IMG/VR virus record: IMGVR_UViG_3300027899_000014
Location: 1,176 to 65,175 of that record
Reading direction: 5' to 3' (one strand)
Length of the DNA: 64,000 nt
DNA from: a virus
Taxonomy: Duplodnaviria; Caudoviricetes
A program made the position numbers and the translations under genes. Of this stretch, positions 1 through 8,936 are shown piece by piece (the stretch's first letter is position 1; every line of letters begins with the position of its first letter). The notes beneath the pieces were generated by a model that made no database searches, was not told the origin of the DNA, and saw nothing but the letters and a program-made list of their open reading frames with translations.

Positions 1-587
1 ACAGGTGCAGTGAATTCATATTTACACATTAACTCTGTAGGATCAACATAGGCACCACGATTGCTAAAGATAAAGTTATTAGCACCAGGGTATTGCGCAG
101 GGACGTAATACATTCTACTGAGGTCTTTAGTTTGGAGATCTCCCATGCATCCAAATTCAGAGTTGAGTGCGAACCAGAAGTGTTTGATTTCACTCGAGTC
201 AACAAGTCGAGTAAGTGGGAACACGAGTCTAAACTTCGGCCATGCAATAGTGCTGCTTGCAGTACTATAACAAATGTAATCCCAATTACCATACCGCCTA
301 TAAAGTTCATCTTCTAAATTTCCTTCAAATTCATGTGTATCTACATCGATAGCTGCCCACATGCCCCAATTTAGTACATTTGCATTAGCTCGTGTAGTAC
401 CAGTTGTATAGGTTGCAGGTGAAATAAGAGGTGAAGTCTTTTTAGAGAATTCACCTCGTTTTGCTTTGTACCCATTTAAAGTTGAGAGATGATATAACGA
501 TCTCTCAAATTCTTCAAATGTTTTAAAGTCAACTCGAGTATCAGTTTTATTATCAAAGATACTCTTGAAAACTGTTAGTGAATACAT
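1..587 (-). CDS. AEP (archaeo-eukaryotic primase/PrimPol)-like protein, truncated by window edge; not in ORF track
   Basis: Manual translation from ATG at 587: MYSLTVFKSIFDNKTD...WAAIDVD...YSTASS...PKFRLVFPL...KDLSRMYYVP, open to the window start. DxD, RLVFPL and D-x-S-R motifs are typical of phage AEP-type proteins. Confidence 0.7.
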   Translation of the reverse strand, partial: MYSLTVFKSIFDNKTDTRVDFKTFEEFERSLYHLSTLNGYKAKRGEFSKKTSPLISPATYTTGTTRANANVLNWGMWAAIDVDTHEFEGNLEDELYRRYGNWDYICYSTASSTIAWPKFRLVFPLTRLVDSSEIKHFWFALNSEFGCMGDLQTKDLSRMYYVPAQYPGANNFIFSNRGAYVDPTELMCKYEFTAP

Positions 588-589
588 TA

Positions 590-1003
590 TTAATCAAAAA
601 CCTGTGCAAACAATCCAACATTGCCAACGTGCGTAGGCGCGATCCAACCAGTTGGTTTCAGTAAATCCGGAAGTCCCCATGGATTTGGTCTACCTTCTTT
701 AATACCTACTTCTTTTACTAAATTAGCTACTAGAACTCTATCCCATGCTTCGTATGGATCTACTCCATAAGTATCTAATGTACCTATTGCAAATACAATT
801 AAATCTACTAAAGCATCTACAGCATCATCTGCATTTTTAGCTTCTTTTAATTCATCTAATTCTTCTTGTAGACAACCAATTCTAAATTCTAGAAACTTCT
901 TAAGTTTTTCATCATCAAAATTTTTAACAACTTCATTAACACCAAACTGTTCATGCATTAACGCGATATCTCTTACCCAATTATAACTCATATTATTCTC
1001 CAA
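590..1003 (-). CDS. MazG-like all-alpha NTP pyrophosphohydrolase
   Basis: LQEELDEL...DAVDALVDL acidic EExxE/DxxxD pattern, C-terminal LLKPTGW. Confidence 0.8.
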   Translation of the reverse strand: MENNMSYNWVRDIALMHEQFGVNEVVKNFDDEKLKKFLEFRIGCLQEELDELKEAKNADDAVDALVDLIVFAIGTLDTYGVDPYEAWDRVLVANLVKEVGIKEGRPNPWGLPDLLKPTGWIAPTHVGNVGLFAQVFD

Positions 1004-1029
1004 TTAAAAATCTATTATATCACATTTTC

Positions 1030-2409
1030 CTAAAAAGTAAAACCCTTTGTTTCAATTTGTGACTTTTTATTTCGCTCAACCAAGAATTGAGTTGCTGGTT
1101 GCCCGCTCTCAGAAATATCCTTTTGAGCAGATTCTTCTACATCATATAGTTTCATTCTAGATCTATCAACTCCTATAACAAATCGTTTATAATAACCAGG
1201 ATCTGCGTACCTATTCTTAAGTTGCTTAACCATTATTTGGTTTAAGTTTTCAAGTTCTTCTGTAGCAATTAAAGCAAACATCATATCAGCAGTTGCAGGT
1301 AAACCAAACGATTCTGAAGTATCTGTTAATTCTACATCAGTGTTACCAAAACCACCTCGAGTTGTTTGGGTTGCACTTAACAAAGGTACATCATATTCAA
1401 CTGCAAGACCTCTAAGTTCTTCAGCTATCGATTTAACATAAGTGTATGAATTAACACCTGAACCATTTTTAATACGTGAAGAGCAACAGATATTTAAATA
1501 ATCGATAATTATCATATCAGGTTTGAAGTTACGTTTGATCTTCAATTCTTCTAATAAAGCCTTAAAATGACCTGAATGGGCAGTTGAAGTTGGATATTGT
1601 TTAACTATAAGTTTACCGGAAGTCTTCTTAATCAATTTATTAATACGATTATTATATGTAGGCAAATCTATTGTAGCCATCTCATTCATATTCATATTAA
1701 GAAGATTGGCATCAATACGTTCAGCAATACGTTCTTCTGCCATTTCCATAGTAATATACAAAACATTCTTATTTTGTAGAAGACTGGATGCTGCAACATG
1801 ACACATGAATAATGATTTTCCCACAGCAGTTCCAGCAAGTATGATATTCAGAGTCTTTTTAGATAATCCACCCTTTGTAATTTTATTAAAGATATCAAGA
1901 TCAAATGGAATCTTTTCTTCAACTCTATGATAGAAATCATATCGTTCTTGATAATCTTCGAGATAATCATGACCTACAGAAGAATCAAAACTTACTGCTA
2001 ATGCATCTGATAAAAGACTTGGTATAGCATCTTCAGTTTTGTCCTTATGTTTACCTTCTACAATATCATAAGCATCAATGATCGCATTAATAACGGCTCT
2101 ATTTTTACAGAATTTTTCTGTATTATCATAAAGCCATTGTTCATTATCAGTTTTAAAGGTTAACTCATTGATATATTTTTCAATATCCTGTAATTGGTTA
2201 TCACGCAATTCAGATCTATTACTAATCTGAATTGCTAATATGTCAAGAGTTATTGTTGAATTATATTGATCAAAAAAATTAATAATTTCTTGTGAGATTA
2301 CTTTTTCATACTGATCATTAAAATATTCAAGTTTAATGAATGGAATAACTTTTCGTGCATAAGTCTCATTGTGTATCAGATTGCTCAATATAGTCTGTGT
2401 TATCGTCAT
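1030..2409 (-). CDS. 41: Replicative DNA helicase (T4 gp41-like); likely start MTITQ at 2409
   Basis: Walker A AGTAVGKS, YITMEMAEE, IIDYLN, ATQTTR, SESFGLPATAD, KQLKNRY. Confidence 0.95.
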   Translation of the reverse strand: MTITQTILSNLIHNETYARKVIPFIKLEYFNDQYEKVISQEIINFFDQYNSTITLDILAIQISNRSELRDNQLQDIEKYINELTFKTDNEQWLYDNTEKFCKNRAVINAIIDAYDIVEGKHKDKTEDAIPSLLSDALAVSFDSSVGHDYLEDYQERYDFYHRVEEKIPFDLDIFNKITKGGLSKKTLNIILAGTAVGKSLFMCHVAASSLLQNKNVLYITMEMAEERIAERIDANLLNMNMNEMATIDLPTYNNRINKLIKKTSGKLIVKQYPTSTAHSGHFKALLEELKIKRNFKPDMIIIDYLNICCSSRIKNGSGVNSYTYVKSIAEELRGLAVEYDVPLLSATQTTRGGFGNTDVELTDTSESFGLPATADMMFALIATEELENLNQIMVKQLKNRYADPGYYKRFVIGVDRSRMKLYDVEESAQKDISESGQPATQFLVERNKKSQIETKGFTF

Positions 2410-2716
2410 CAATTCCGCCTGTGTATGTAATATCATTATTAGATAATTGGTGTACGATTAACTCTATAAGAAAATCTCCAATGTATTTCTCGAACTCATC
2501 TACATTATATTCTATTCCTGCATTATCGTAAACGTCATAATCAAAACTTATTACACATTTTTCTTCTTCTAAGACATCTTCAGGAAATTGAACTTTACCA
2601 TAACTAAAAACTATACCTGCATAGGGTGCATCTGTTAACTTAATTGCTGAAAGACCTTTATCACTATGGCTTTCTACAATTACATGACCAACTAAAAACT
2701 GAAAATCATCATTCAC
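2366..2716 (-). CDS. gp40-like head vertex assembly chaperone
   Basis: Position between uvsX and gene 41; acidic protein with YAGIVFSYGKV and FEKYIGDFL patterns. Confidence 0.6.
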   Translation of the reverse strand: MNDDFQFLVGHVIVESHSDKGLSAIKLTDAPYAGIVFSYGKVQFPEDVLEEEKCVISFDYDVYDNAGIEYNVDEFEKYIGDFLIELIVHQLSNNDITYTGGIDDDNTDYIEQSDTQ

Positions 2717-3308
2717 TATCTTCTCCTAAATCATCTTCAATTAATGCCAATTCTTCTTCAATAGATTCATCTGATATAATAGCACCATTTGAAATCTGAT
2801 AATTAATTTTAATCCAATCTTGGAAACTAGTACTTGATATAATAGGTAACCAAAAGTCTTTAGTGTCAGTATCTTTTATACGATACTTTTTATCTTCAAC
2901 CTCACCAGTATCTCTATTAACTTTGGAATACCAACCATTACTTGGTTTGATTACATGACCTGATTCTAAAGCCATTTCTAATAAGCCAGACCATTTGCTA
3001 ATACCACCTTCAAACTTAACAGTAACAGGTATCTTTGATTTTTCGCGTGAATGTCTAGACTTCTCTACATTGATGATGAAGTTATAACCTGCCAATTCAG
3101 TTCCATCTTTTTCTTGTTGACGACCAAGTATAAAGATGTTATCAGCCGAAAGGTATATACCTGATCCACCTGATACTACTGGCTTACTATACATCTCTTG
3201 TGTATTATGCGAAATTATTCCATTCTTTAATATATAATCATGTGTTGGAGTCTCAATATCATAAACATCTGCTCTTCTAGTATTAAATTTAATCGATTTT
3301 ATTTTCAT
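2709..3308 (-). CDS. uvsX: UvsX (RecA-like) C-terminal half fused behind a 35-aa split-intein C-fragment
   Basis: SD AGGAG then MKIKSIK...VYDIET...NGIISHN|TQEMYSKPVVSGGSGIYLSAD...VEKSR...KPSNGWY; intein blocks F/G followed by a Thr +1. Confidence 0.92.
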   Translation of the reverse strand: MKIKSIKFNTRRADVYDIETPTHDYILKNGIISHNTQEMYSKPVVSGGSGIYLSADNIFILGRQQEKDGTELAGYNFIINVEKSRHSREKSKIPVTVKFEGGISKWSGLLEMALESGHVIKPSNGWYSKVNRDTGEVEDKKYRIKDTDTKDFWLPIISSTSFQDWIKINYQISNGAIISDESIEEELALIEDDLGEDSE

Positions 3309-4077
3309 TTTTACTCCTACAATTATCAAAATGCCAACGTTTACCACCAACTTCTTTATTACAATGCGGACATAATAAAATTTTATGTACCCAAGTTTTA
3401 CCAAATACTGGATTTAATTCACCAATTCTACTTCCAGTTTTCAATGTTCTTGATGCATAATCCATAGATTTTACCGAATTTATCCTACAAGTTTCTTGTT
3501 CTTTTGTAAATTTAGATCTACCTATTTTTTGACTTCTGCATTTAAGATCATATTGGCCTTGTTTAAAAATATCACTTAAATTATTATTGTCTGAATATTG
3601 TTGTAAAGACTTTGTCACAAAATAGCGTTTTATATCAAATTTTTCTGCTATAGTATTATAATGTAGTTTTTCATTAATAAATAAGTGCCATATTGTTTTT
3701 GAAATATCGTCATAATTTTTAAATCCTGCTAATATCGCAATTTTATCTTTCTTGTCTACATAAGATTTTGATATTGATTTGCCAACCAAAATATTTGATT
3801 TTTTTCTTATCCAACCATATACTTTATTATTAGTCACCCCGCATCTTTTGCTCATCAATTTGCAGGCTGACCATAAACCTATATTATCTGGATTCATTTT
3901 TGCTAGAAGTTGATGTGCTACATAATGTTCTTCAGCAGTTAATTCACAAATATTTTCCTCATCATCAGTACCACCTACACATCTAGGAACAATGTGGTGT
4001 TTTTCAATATACCCAATAAGTTTTGTTCTATTTTTTGCTCTATTAATTAATAATTCATAATGCTTTAAATAATCCAT
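3289..4077 (-). mobile_element. Free-standing HNH homing endonuclease (MobE-like) between the uvsX halves
   Basis: EKHHIVPRCVGGTDDEENICELTAEEHYVAHQLL; C-terminal CPHC..HFDNC zinc ribbon; 3' end overlaps the start of uvsX-C. Confidence 0.9.
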
Positions 4078-4115
4078 ATTTTTAATTCCTTTAAAATGTA
4101 TATATGATTTATTTA

Positions 4116-4979
4116 TTAAAAACCTGATTTCACATCCAATTCCATTCCTTCAACTAAATCCTCAACTAAAACCCATTCACCATTTATCATAAACTTATGA
4201 CCTTGAGTAAATGATAATATAGTTCCATCTTCCATTTCAATATCTGTAATAAAGGCATCTTCGTATTTAAAAACATTTGTTACTGGTTGAAGACCTTTAG
4301 TAGTTTCTACTAACATTCCTGGAATAATATCTTTTAAGCTTATAGATCCTTTATCTGAGATAACTTCCATTTCTTCAGTTCCACACATATAGATATGATT
4401 CACTGCTACCATAGGGATATCATACTTAACTAGATATGGAGTAATCATTCTAAAGATAGACTTCATTTGGCGAGCACGAGTCATATCTTGAGTTGACTTA
4501 CCTTCAATAGCATCTTCCATTTCTTTCTTTGATGACATATTACCAAGAGAATCAATAACAAAGATAACCTTATCACCCCGTTTGATTTCTTGCAACTGAT
4601 GCATTATATCAAATTTGAACTCTTCCATATTCATGATAGGTGTATGTACTACACGTTCTTTATCAATACCCAGAGAATCAAAATAAGATTCAGGAGTACC
4701 AAACTCACAATCATAGAATACCAATACAGATTCTGGATACTTATCCATGTAAGACTTTGCAAGGATTAATGAGAATAATGATTTGAAATGTTTACTTGGT
4801 CCACAGAATAAGGTAAGACCTGGAGTTAATCCACCATCAATTCTACCTGATAATGCAATATTAAGAGCAGGAATTGGAGTTGTTACCATATCTTTTTTAG
4901 TAAAGAACTTTGAAGATGATAATATCGAAGAATCTTTAATCGTACTGTTCTTTTTAATTCGTTCTAATAATGCACTCAT
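4116..4979 (-). CDS. uvsX: UvsX (RecA-like) N-terminal half ending in an 89-aa split-intein N-fragment
   Basis: GPSKHFKS Walker A, FYDCEFG, VIDSLGN, VNHIYM|CGTEEMEV...FTQGHKF (TxxH block B)...GEWVLVEDL. Confidence 0.92.
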   Translation of the reverse strand: MSALLERIKKNSTIKDSSILSSSKFFTKKDMVTTPIPALNIALSGRIDGGLTPGLTLFCGPSKHFKSLFSLILAKSYMDKYPESVLVFYDCEFGTPESYFDSLGIDKERVVHTPIMNMEEFKFDIMHQLQEIKRGDKVIFVIDSLGNMSSKKEMEDAIEGKSTQDMTRARQMKSIFRMITPYLVKYDIPMVAVNHIYMCGTEEMEVISDKGSISLKDIIPGMLVETTKGLQPVTNVFKYEDAFITDIEMEDGTILSFTQGHKFMINGEWVLVEDLVEGMELDVKSGF

Positions 4980-5044
4980 TAATTACCTCATTTGTTAATT
5001 TATTCTACTATTATACCATACAATTTACAATTTGTAAACTATTA

Positions 5045-5602
5045 TTATGGATTATTTTTGGAATGAGGTACATCAAATACAAAAGTAATTCTTACACAAT
5101 CACCTATATTTTCTGTTCCATGTTCTAACTTATTATTGAACCAAAGTAATGTTCCAGGTTCTACTATGACAGACTCATCTCCAACTGAATATCGATAAGT
5201 TCCTTGGATTGCTAGATGGTATCTATCTCTTGTAAGATAATAATTTCCAATATCAATGTGTTTGCCTACACACCCTCCAATAGGCAAAGATAAAAATCCG
5301 CAACGACTAAACTTTTTGAAATTACGTTTTAAAAATCCAACTATCTCAGTATGTCTTTTATATGCTGGAGTTTCCACACAAATATCGGTATCACCAACAT
5401 ATTGATCTATAGTTTCAATAGAACCCATTACTAATTGTAGAACTCCGGCTTGAACCTCAGGAAACCCTCTGTCGAGCATAGACAATGCTCCTTCCATTGT
5501 CTTTTGTGCTCCCCAATCATTGGGGTATTTTTCTAATTGCTTTAATATCTTTGAGACATTAATTCCAGTTTTGATTATTCTAATATTATCCAAAAAATTC
5601 AT
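5045..5602 (-). CDS. Aspartyl/asparaginyl beta-hydroxylase-like 2OG-Fe(II) dioxygenase
   Basis: HID...RYHLAI...WFNNKLEHGTEN...RITFVFD, an HxD...H...R pattern. Confidence 0.8.
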   Translation of the reverse strand: MNFLDNIRIIKTGINVSKILKQLEKYPNDWGAQKTMEGALSMLDRGFPEVQAGVLQLVMGSIETIDQYVGDTDICVETPAYKRHTEIVGFLKRNFKKFSRCGFLSLPIGGCVGKHIDIGNYYLTRDRYHLAIQGTYRYSVGDESVIVEPGTLLWFNNKLEHGTENIGDCVRITFVFDVPHSKNNP

Positions 5603-8090
5603 CCAGGTTTGCTGAGTTATTTAATTTCCAACCAATTGGTTCAAGCATAATTTGAAGAGGGTTTATAAATACTTTTTCAAATTGTGTATCATAATCAATA
5701 TATTTTTCTAATCCAAATTCTTCCGGTATTTTATCTTTAATGGATATTACATTCTGATTAATAGGATTAGGAGTTCTTAAGAACACTACTTTTACTTTAT
5801 CACTATCAAGTATTTTTTCGTATGTCTTTGATAGTTTGTATTTGTCTATTAAATGATTGTACCAAAGAGCTCCACGTACGTGCATAGGAGTGCCTTTAGC
5901 AAATACATTAGTCTTATCACTAAACTTCTTAAGACCATTAATACCTGAAGGTCTGCCTATTTTGCCGGTTTCAAGAGATTCAAACTCAATTTTAAAGTCA
6001 TTCACATACTTATTGATTTGAGTTTCATCACCATCCAATATAATGTCCAATGAATCTTTTAGTTTTTTCCTACATATTTGAGGTGTAGAAGACTTAACCA
6101 ATTCTAGACCAGTTACCTTTAGTTTAGGTTCTGCGTATTGAACGCCTTCAGAATTATGAACACGAAGAAAGTATCTTTTCTTTGCTACAAATACACCTAC
6201 ATCGGCAAGTACTTCGCGTTTCATTTTCATCTTCTGTTCATATGCATTCATATAGTCTGCAAGTTTTATATATGAACGATCAATTAAAGGTTCTACTATT
6301 TTAGCACAGAATGTATCCATGAAAACTATCTTTTCACTGATAGATTTATTAGGACATACAGATTCCACAATTGCTTCTAAAGTTACATAATTAGAATCGG
6401 TATCTCCGGCAATAACATATTGGACATCTTCAGTTTTATTTGCTTTATTTAAGTACTCATCCAACATAATAGCATTCCATCTATTGGATAACTGACCTGA
6501 TAATGTGATACTTTCTGCCATTCTTAAGTCATAATATCTGAACCATGCATTACCTATTGCTCCATACACACTATTCAGTGCTTCTTTTACGGCTAATTGC
6601 ATAGCATTTGAAGAACTTTGAGCATTCTGATATTCTTTATTGTACTTATCAGACTCAAGTAATTGCTCATACTTAAGCATTTCATTTTTATAATTACTAC
6701 GGTCAGCATATACCTCTTCCATAATTTCAGGTAAGAACCCACGAACATCTCGACGATAGCACCAACCATTTGCGCTTAAAGATAAATTCTGTTCTTTAAT
6801 GTATGAATTATCAAATGATTTGGATAATAGTTCATCGACAGTACAAGGTATTTTAATATCGGTAAGAGTTTCGGGGCTAATATTATATTGCATAATCAAA
6901 TGTGGATATAGAGATGCCAAATCGAATGAGGCAATGTACTTATGTTTACCAACTACAGGTATCTGAACATAAGCACCTTCATACTTACCAGTTTTGATTG
7001 AATTCTTCTTTGGTGGTATAACAATATTCTTATTCTTCAATCTATTATAGATGATTGAGTCCCACATATTTACTGGACCATACACTTCATCAAGATTTAT
7101 TTTAGAATAATATGCAAGAGATACTGCAATTTGAATAAGCTTAAGTTTCTCATCTAACTTATCTACAAGTCTAACGTCATGTCTGTTATAGTCCACGAAC
7201 CGGGGCCAATCCAATTCATAAAAGTCTTTAAATGAATTATAAGGATTTTCAAGTTTCTTTTCACCTAGTACTGTATTGGCAACAGTATCAAGTTTCATAT
7301 CATCTACTTGAATTTTACCAAACTTAGCAAATAGTTCTTTATAATCGAGCATGGCAATGCCTTCGATATTATAACCGATCTTCTCATTACCGTTCTGATC
7401 TTTAAACAATCGTTCACGAACACGACCCCAAGGAGATAGTTTATTGATGATTTGATCATCTATAACTCTTGACATTCTACGAATTAGATATGGAAAGTCA
7501 TATCCATTGGTGTTCCAACCTGTTACAATATCAGGATAGTTTAGAGTCCAATGAGTCATAAACTCTCTAAATAAGTGAGCTTCACTTTGGCATTTAATAT
7601 ATGGACCATCCTCGTTTACCTTGTCATAAGGTCTTGTGCCAAAGGTTACAATATCACTAGAGTTTCTATTCTTTACTGATATAAGTGTAATCTCTTCTAC
7701 AGGATCTTTAATCACCTCATCAATACTTAGACCGTGTTCAGTAGTAGTCTCAATATCAATAGTGGTGATATTCATTACTGATTGGTCATATTGAATATCA
7801 CCTGGATAATATTCAGATATAAACTGTTTAGTGAAGTCTTGCATCCCGTATATTTTGAAGTTTTCTACTTCACCATAACTTTTGATAAACTCTTTAGTGT
7901 CATGGATATTACCAGGTTGGATTTCACCTACATATTCATTAGTAAGAGTCTTCCATTTAGTTGGAGTCTTGGATGAGACAAATAAGGTAGGTTTGAAGTC
8001 AACCTTGGTATGGATTCGTTTGCCATCTTCATAACCTCGAAGCAAGATGTTATTAGATACTTGTAGTACACTTGTATAGAATTTAGACAT
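5586..8090 (-). CDS. 43: Family B DNA polymerase (T4 gp43-like)
   Basis: DIET exo I, SFDLASLYP, KxxLNSVYG, GDTDS, KKRY motifs. Confidence 0.97.
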   Translation of the reverse strand: MSKFYTSVLQVSNNILLRGYEDGKRIHTKVDFKPTLFVSSKTPTKWKTLTNEYVGEIQPGNIHDTKEFIKSYGEVENFKIYGMQDFTKQFISEYYPGDIQYDQSVMNITTIDIETTTEHGLSIDEVIKDPVEEITLISVKNRNSSDIVTFGTRPYDKVNEDGPYIKCQSEAHLFREFMTHWTLNYPDIVTGWNTNGYDFPYLIRRMSRVIDDQIINKLSPWGRVRERLFKDQNGNEKIGYNIEGIAMLDYKELFAKFGKIQVDDMKLDTVANTVLGEKKLENPYNSFKDFYELDWPRFVDYNRHDVRLVDKLDEKLKLIQIAVSLAYYSKINLDEVYGPVNMWDSIIYNRLKNKNIVIPPKKNSIKTGKYEGAYVQIPVVGKHKYIASFDLASLYPHLIMQYNISPETLTDIKIPCTVDELLSKSFDNSYIKEQNLSLSANGWCYRRDVRGFLPEIMEEVYADRSNYKNEMLKYEQLLESDKYNKEYQNAQSSSNAMQLAVKEALNSVYGAIGNAWFRYYDLRMAESITLSGQLSNRWNAIMLDEYLNKANKTEDVQYVIAGDTDSNYVTLEAIVESVCPNKSISEKIVFMDTFCAKIVEPLIDRSYIKLADYMNAYEQKMKMKREVLADVGVFVAKKRYFLRVHNSEGVQYAEPKLKVTGLELVKSSTPQICRKKLKDSLDIILDGDETQINKYVNDFKIEFESLETGKIGRPSGINGLKKFSDKTNVFAKGTPMHVRGALWYNHLIDKYKLSKTYEKILDSDKVKVVFLRTPNPINQNVISIKDKIPEEFGLEKYIDYDTQFEKVFINPLQIMLEPIGWKLNNSANLDEFFG

Positions 8091-8649
8091 GTTTTCCTTT
8101 AAGTAACATCATTACGTCATAGCAGATATCATGGACTGGATGGTGTTTGATTACTAGATCTTTATTAAAATCTTCAACTTCACAATATCCATTAGATGAA
8201 CCATACATAATATCAATAGCAGTTCTAAGATCTCTATAGTTATTATATCTCATAATTGGTTCAGTTGATACAGCAGTAGATAAACTATCAAACATTGGCT
8301 GGTCCATTGATCCTCTAACCCAGATGGTTTGATTCTCTGGATTTGGAAACATGTTAATATAGTCTTTTACTTTTTGAATAGCTTCTTCAGCTTTTAAATC
8401 ATCAGGTTTTGGATGCAGACTAATATCTTGTAGATACTTGTGTTGCTTAGACCACCATTCTAGAGTACCTTTATCAATAGTTCTATTAAGGCGTTTGACT
8501 TGATCTTTAGCATCAAGTTTTAGGAACAAAGTTCTGTTCAATAGTTTATCATAATTCAACTCTTCAGCTGGATCAAAATACACTATAGCAACAGATAATA
8601 CGACAGAGTTTGATTCAACTCCTAAACTTTCTAAATCAAAACAATACAT
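8083..8649 (-). CDS. dexA: DexA-like DEDDh 3'-5' exonuclease
   Basis: FDLESLG, TLEWW, WVRGSMD, RDLRT, HHPVHD motifs. Confidence 0.8.
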   Translation of the reverse strand: MYCFDLESLGVESNSVVLSVAIVYFDPAEELNYDKLLNRTLFLKLDAKDQVKRLNRTIDKGTLEWWSKQHKYLQDISLHPKPDDLKAEEAIQKVKDYINMFPNPENQTIWVRGSMDQPMFDSLSTAVSTEPIMRYNNYRDLRTAIDIMYGSSNGYCEVEDFNKDLVIKHHPVHDICYDVMMLLKGKHV

Positions 8650-8717
8650 TTCACCTCCAATTTTATATAGATCTATAGTATCATATAATCTATAAAATGT
8701 AAACCATTATATAAAAG

Positions 8718-8755
8718 AATCCCCAAGAAGTATCTTTCGGCTACTTAAGGGGGAC
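8718..8755 (-). terminator. Probable intrinsic terminator hairpin
   Basis: TCCCC...AAGTA/TACTT...GGGGA imperfect inverted repeat with an A-run on its left (U-run on minus strand). Confidence 0.45.
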
Positions 8756-8759
8756 CGTG

Positions 8760-8906
8760 TTAAGCTTGTGTTGGAACGTATAATCTACACACCATACTTT
8801 TAAACAATTCAAATGCTTCTTTAGGTGTAGCACCACAACCTTGGATATGGAATGGAGCAACTTTGCAATACCATAGTCCGTTTTTATAGTAAAATTTATG
8901 TTGCAT
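8760..8906 (-). CDS. Small hypothetical protein (48 aa), not in ORF track
   Basis: Manual translation MQHKFYYKNGLWYCKVAPFHIQGCGATPKEAFELFKSMVCRLYVPTQA; fills the gap between ligase and the terminator. Confidence 0.45.
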   Translation of the reverse strand: MQHKFYYKNGLWYCKVAPFHIQGCGATPKEAFELFKSMVCRLYVPTQA

Positions 8907-8936
8907 TATTATAAGTCATTAATATTAAAATATTAT

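Noticed and set aside
29-317. Track ORFs 29..310 (-) and 93..317 (+)
   Set aside because: Shadow frames of the longer AEP-like ORF (ATG 587), which the track missed because it runs off the window
3309-3404. Upstream extension of uvsX-C in the ORF track (start 3404)
   Set aside because: Overlaps the HNH gene; the ATG at 3308 has an AGGAG SD and begins a typical IntC
2709-4979. uvsX and gene 17 as pseudogenes or group I intron-interrupted genes
   Set aside because: Both halves are intact and carry complementary intein blocks; the gaps around the endonuclease ORFs are under 40 nt or overlapping, leaving no room for a ribozyme core
6550-6600. Unusual KEALNS in polymerase motif B as a sign of modified-base use
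   Set aside because: The catalytic K, N, Y and G are intact; one substitution cannot be interpreted without an alignment, and no base-modification genes are identifiable here
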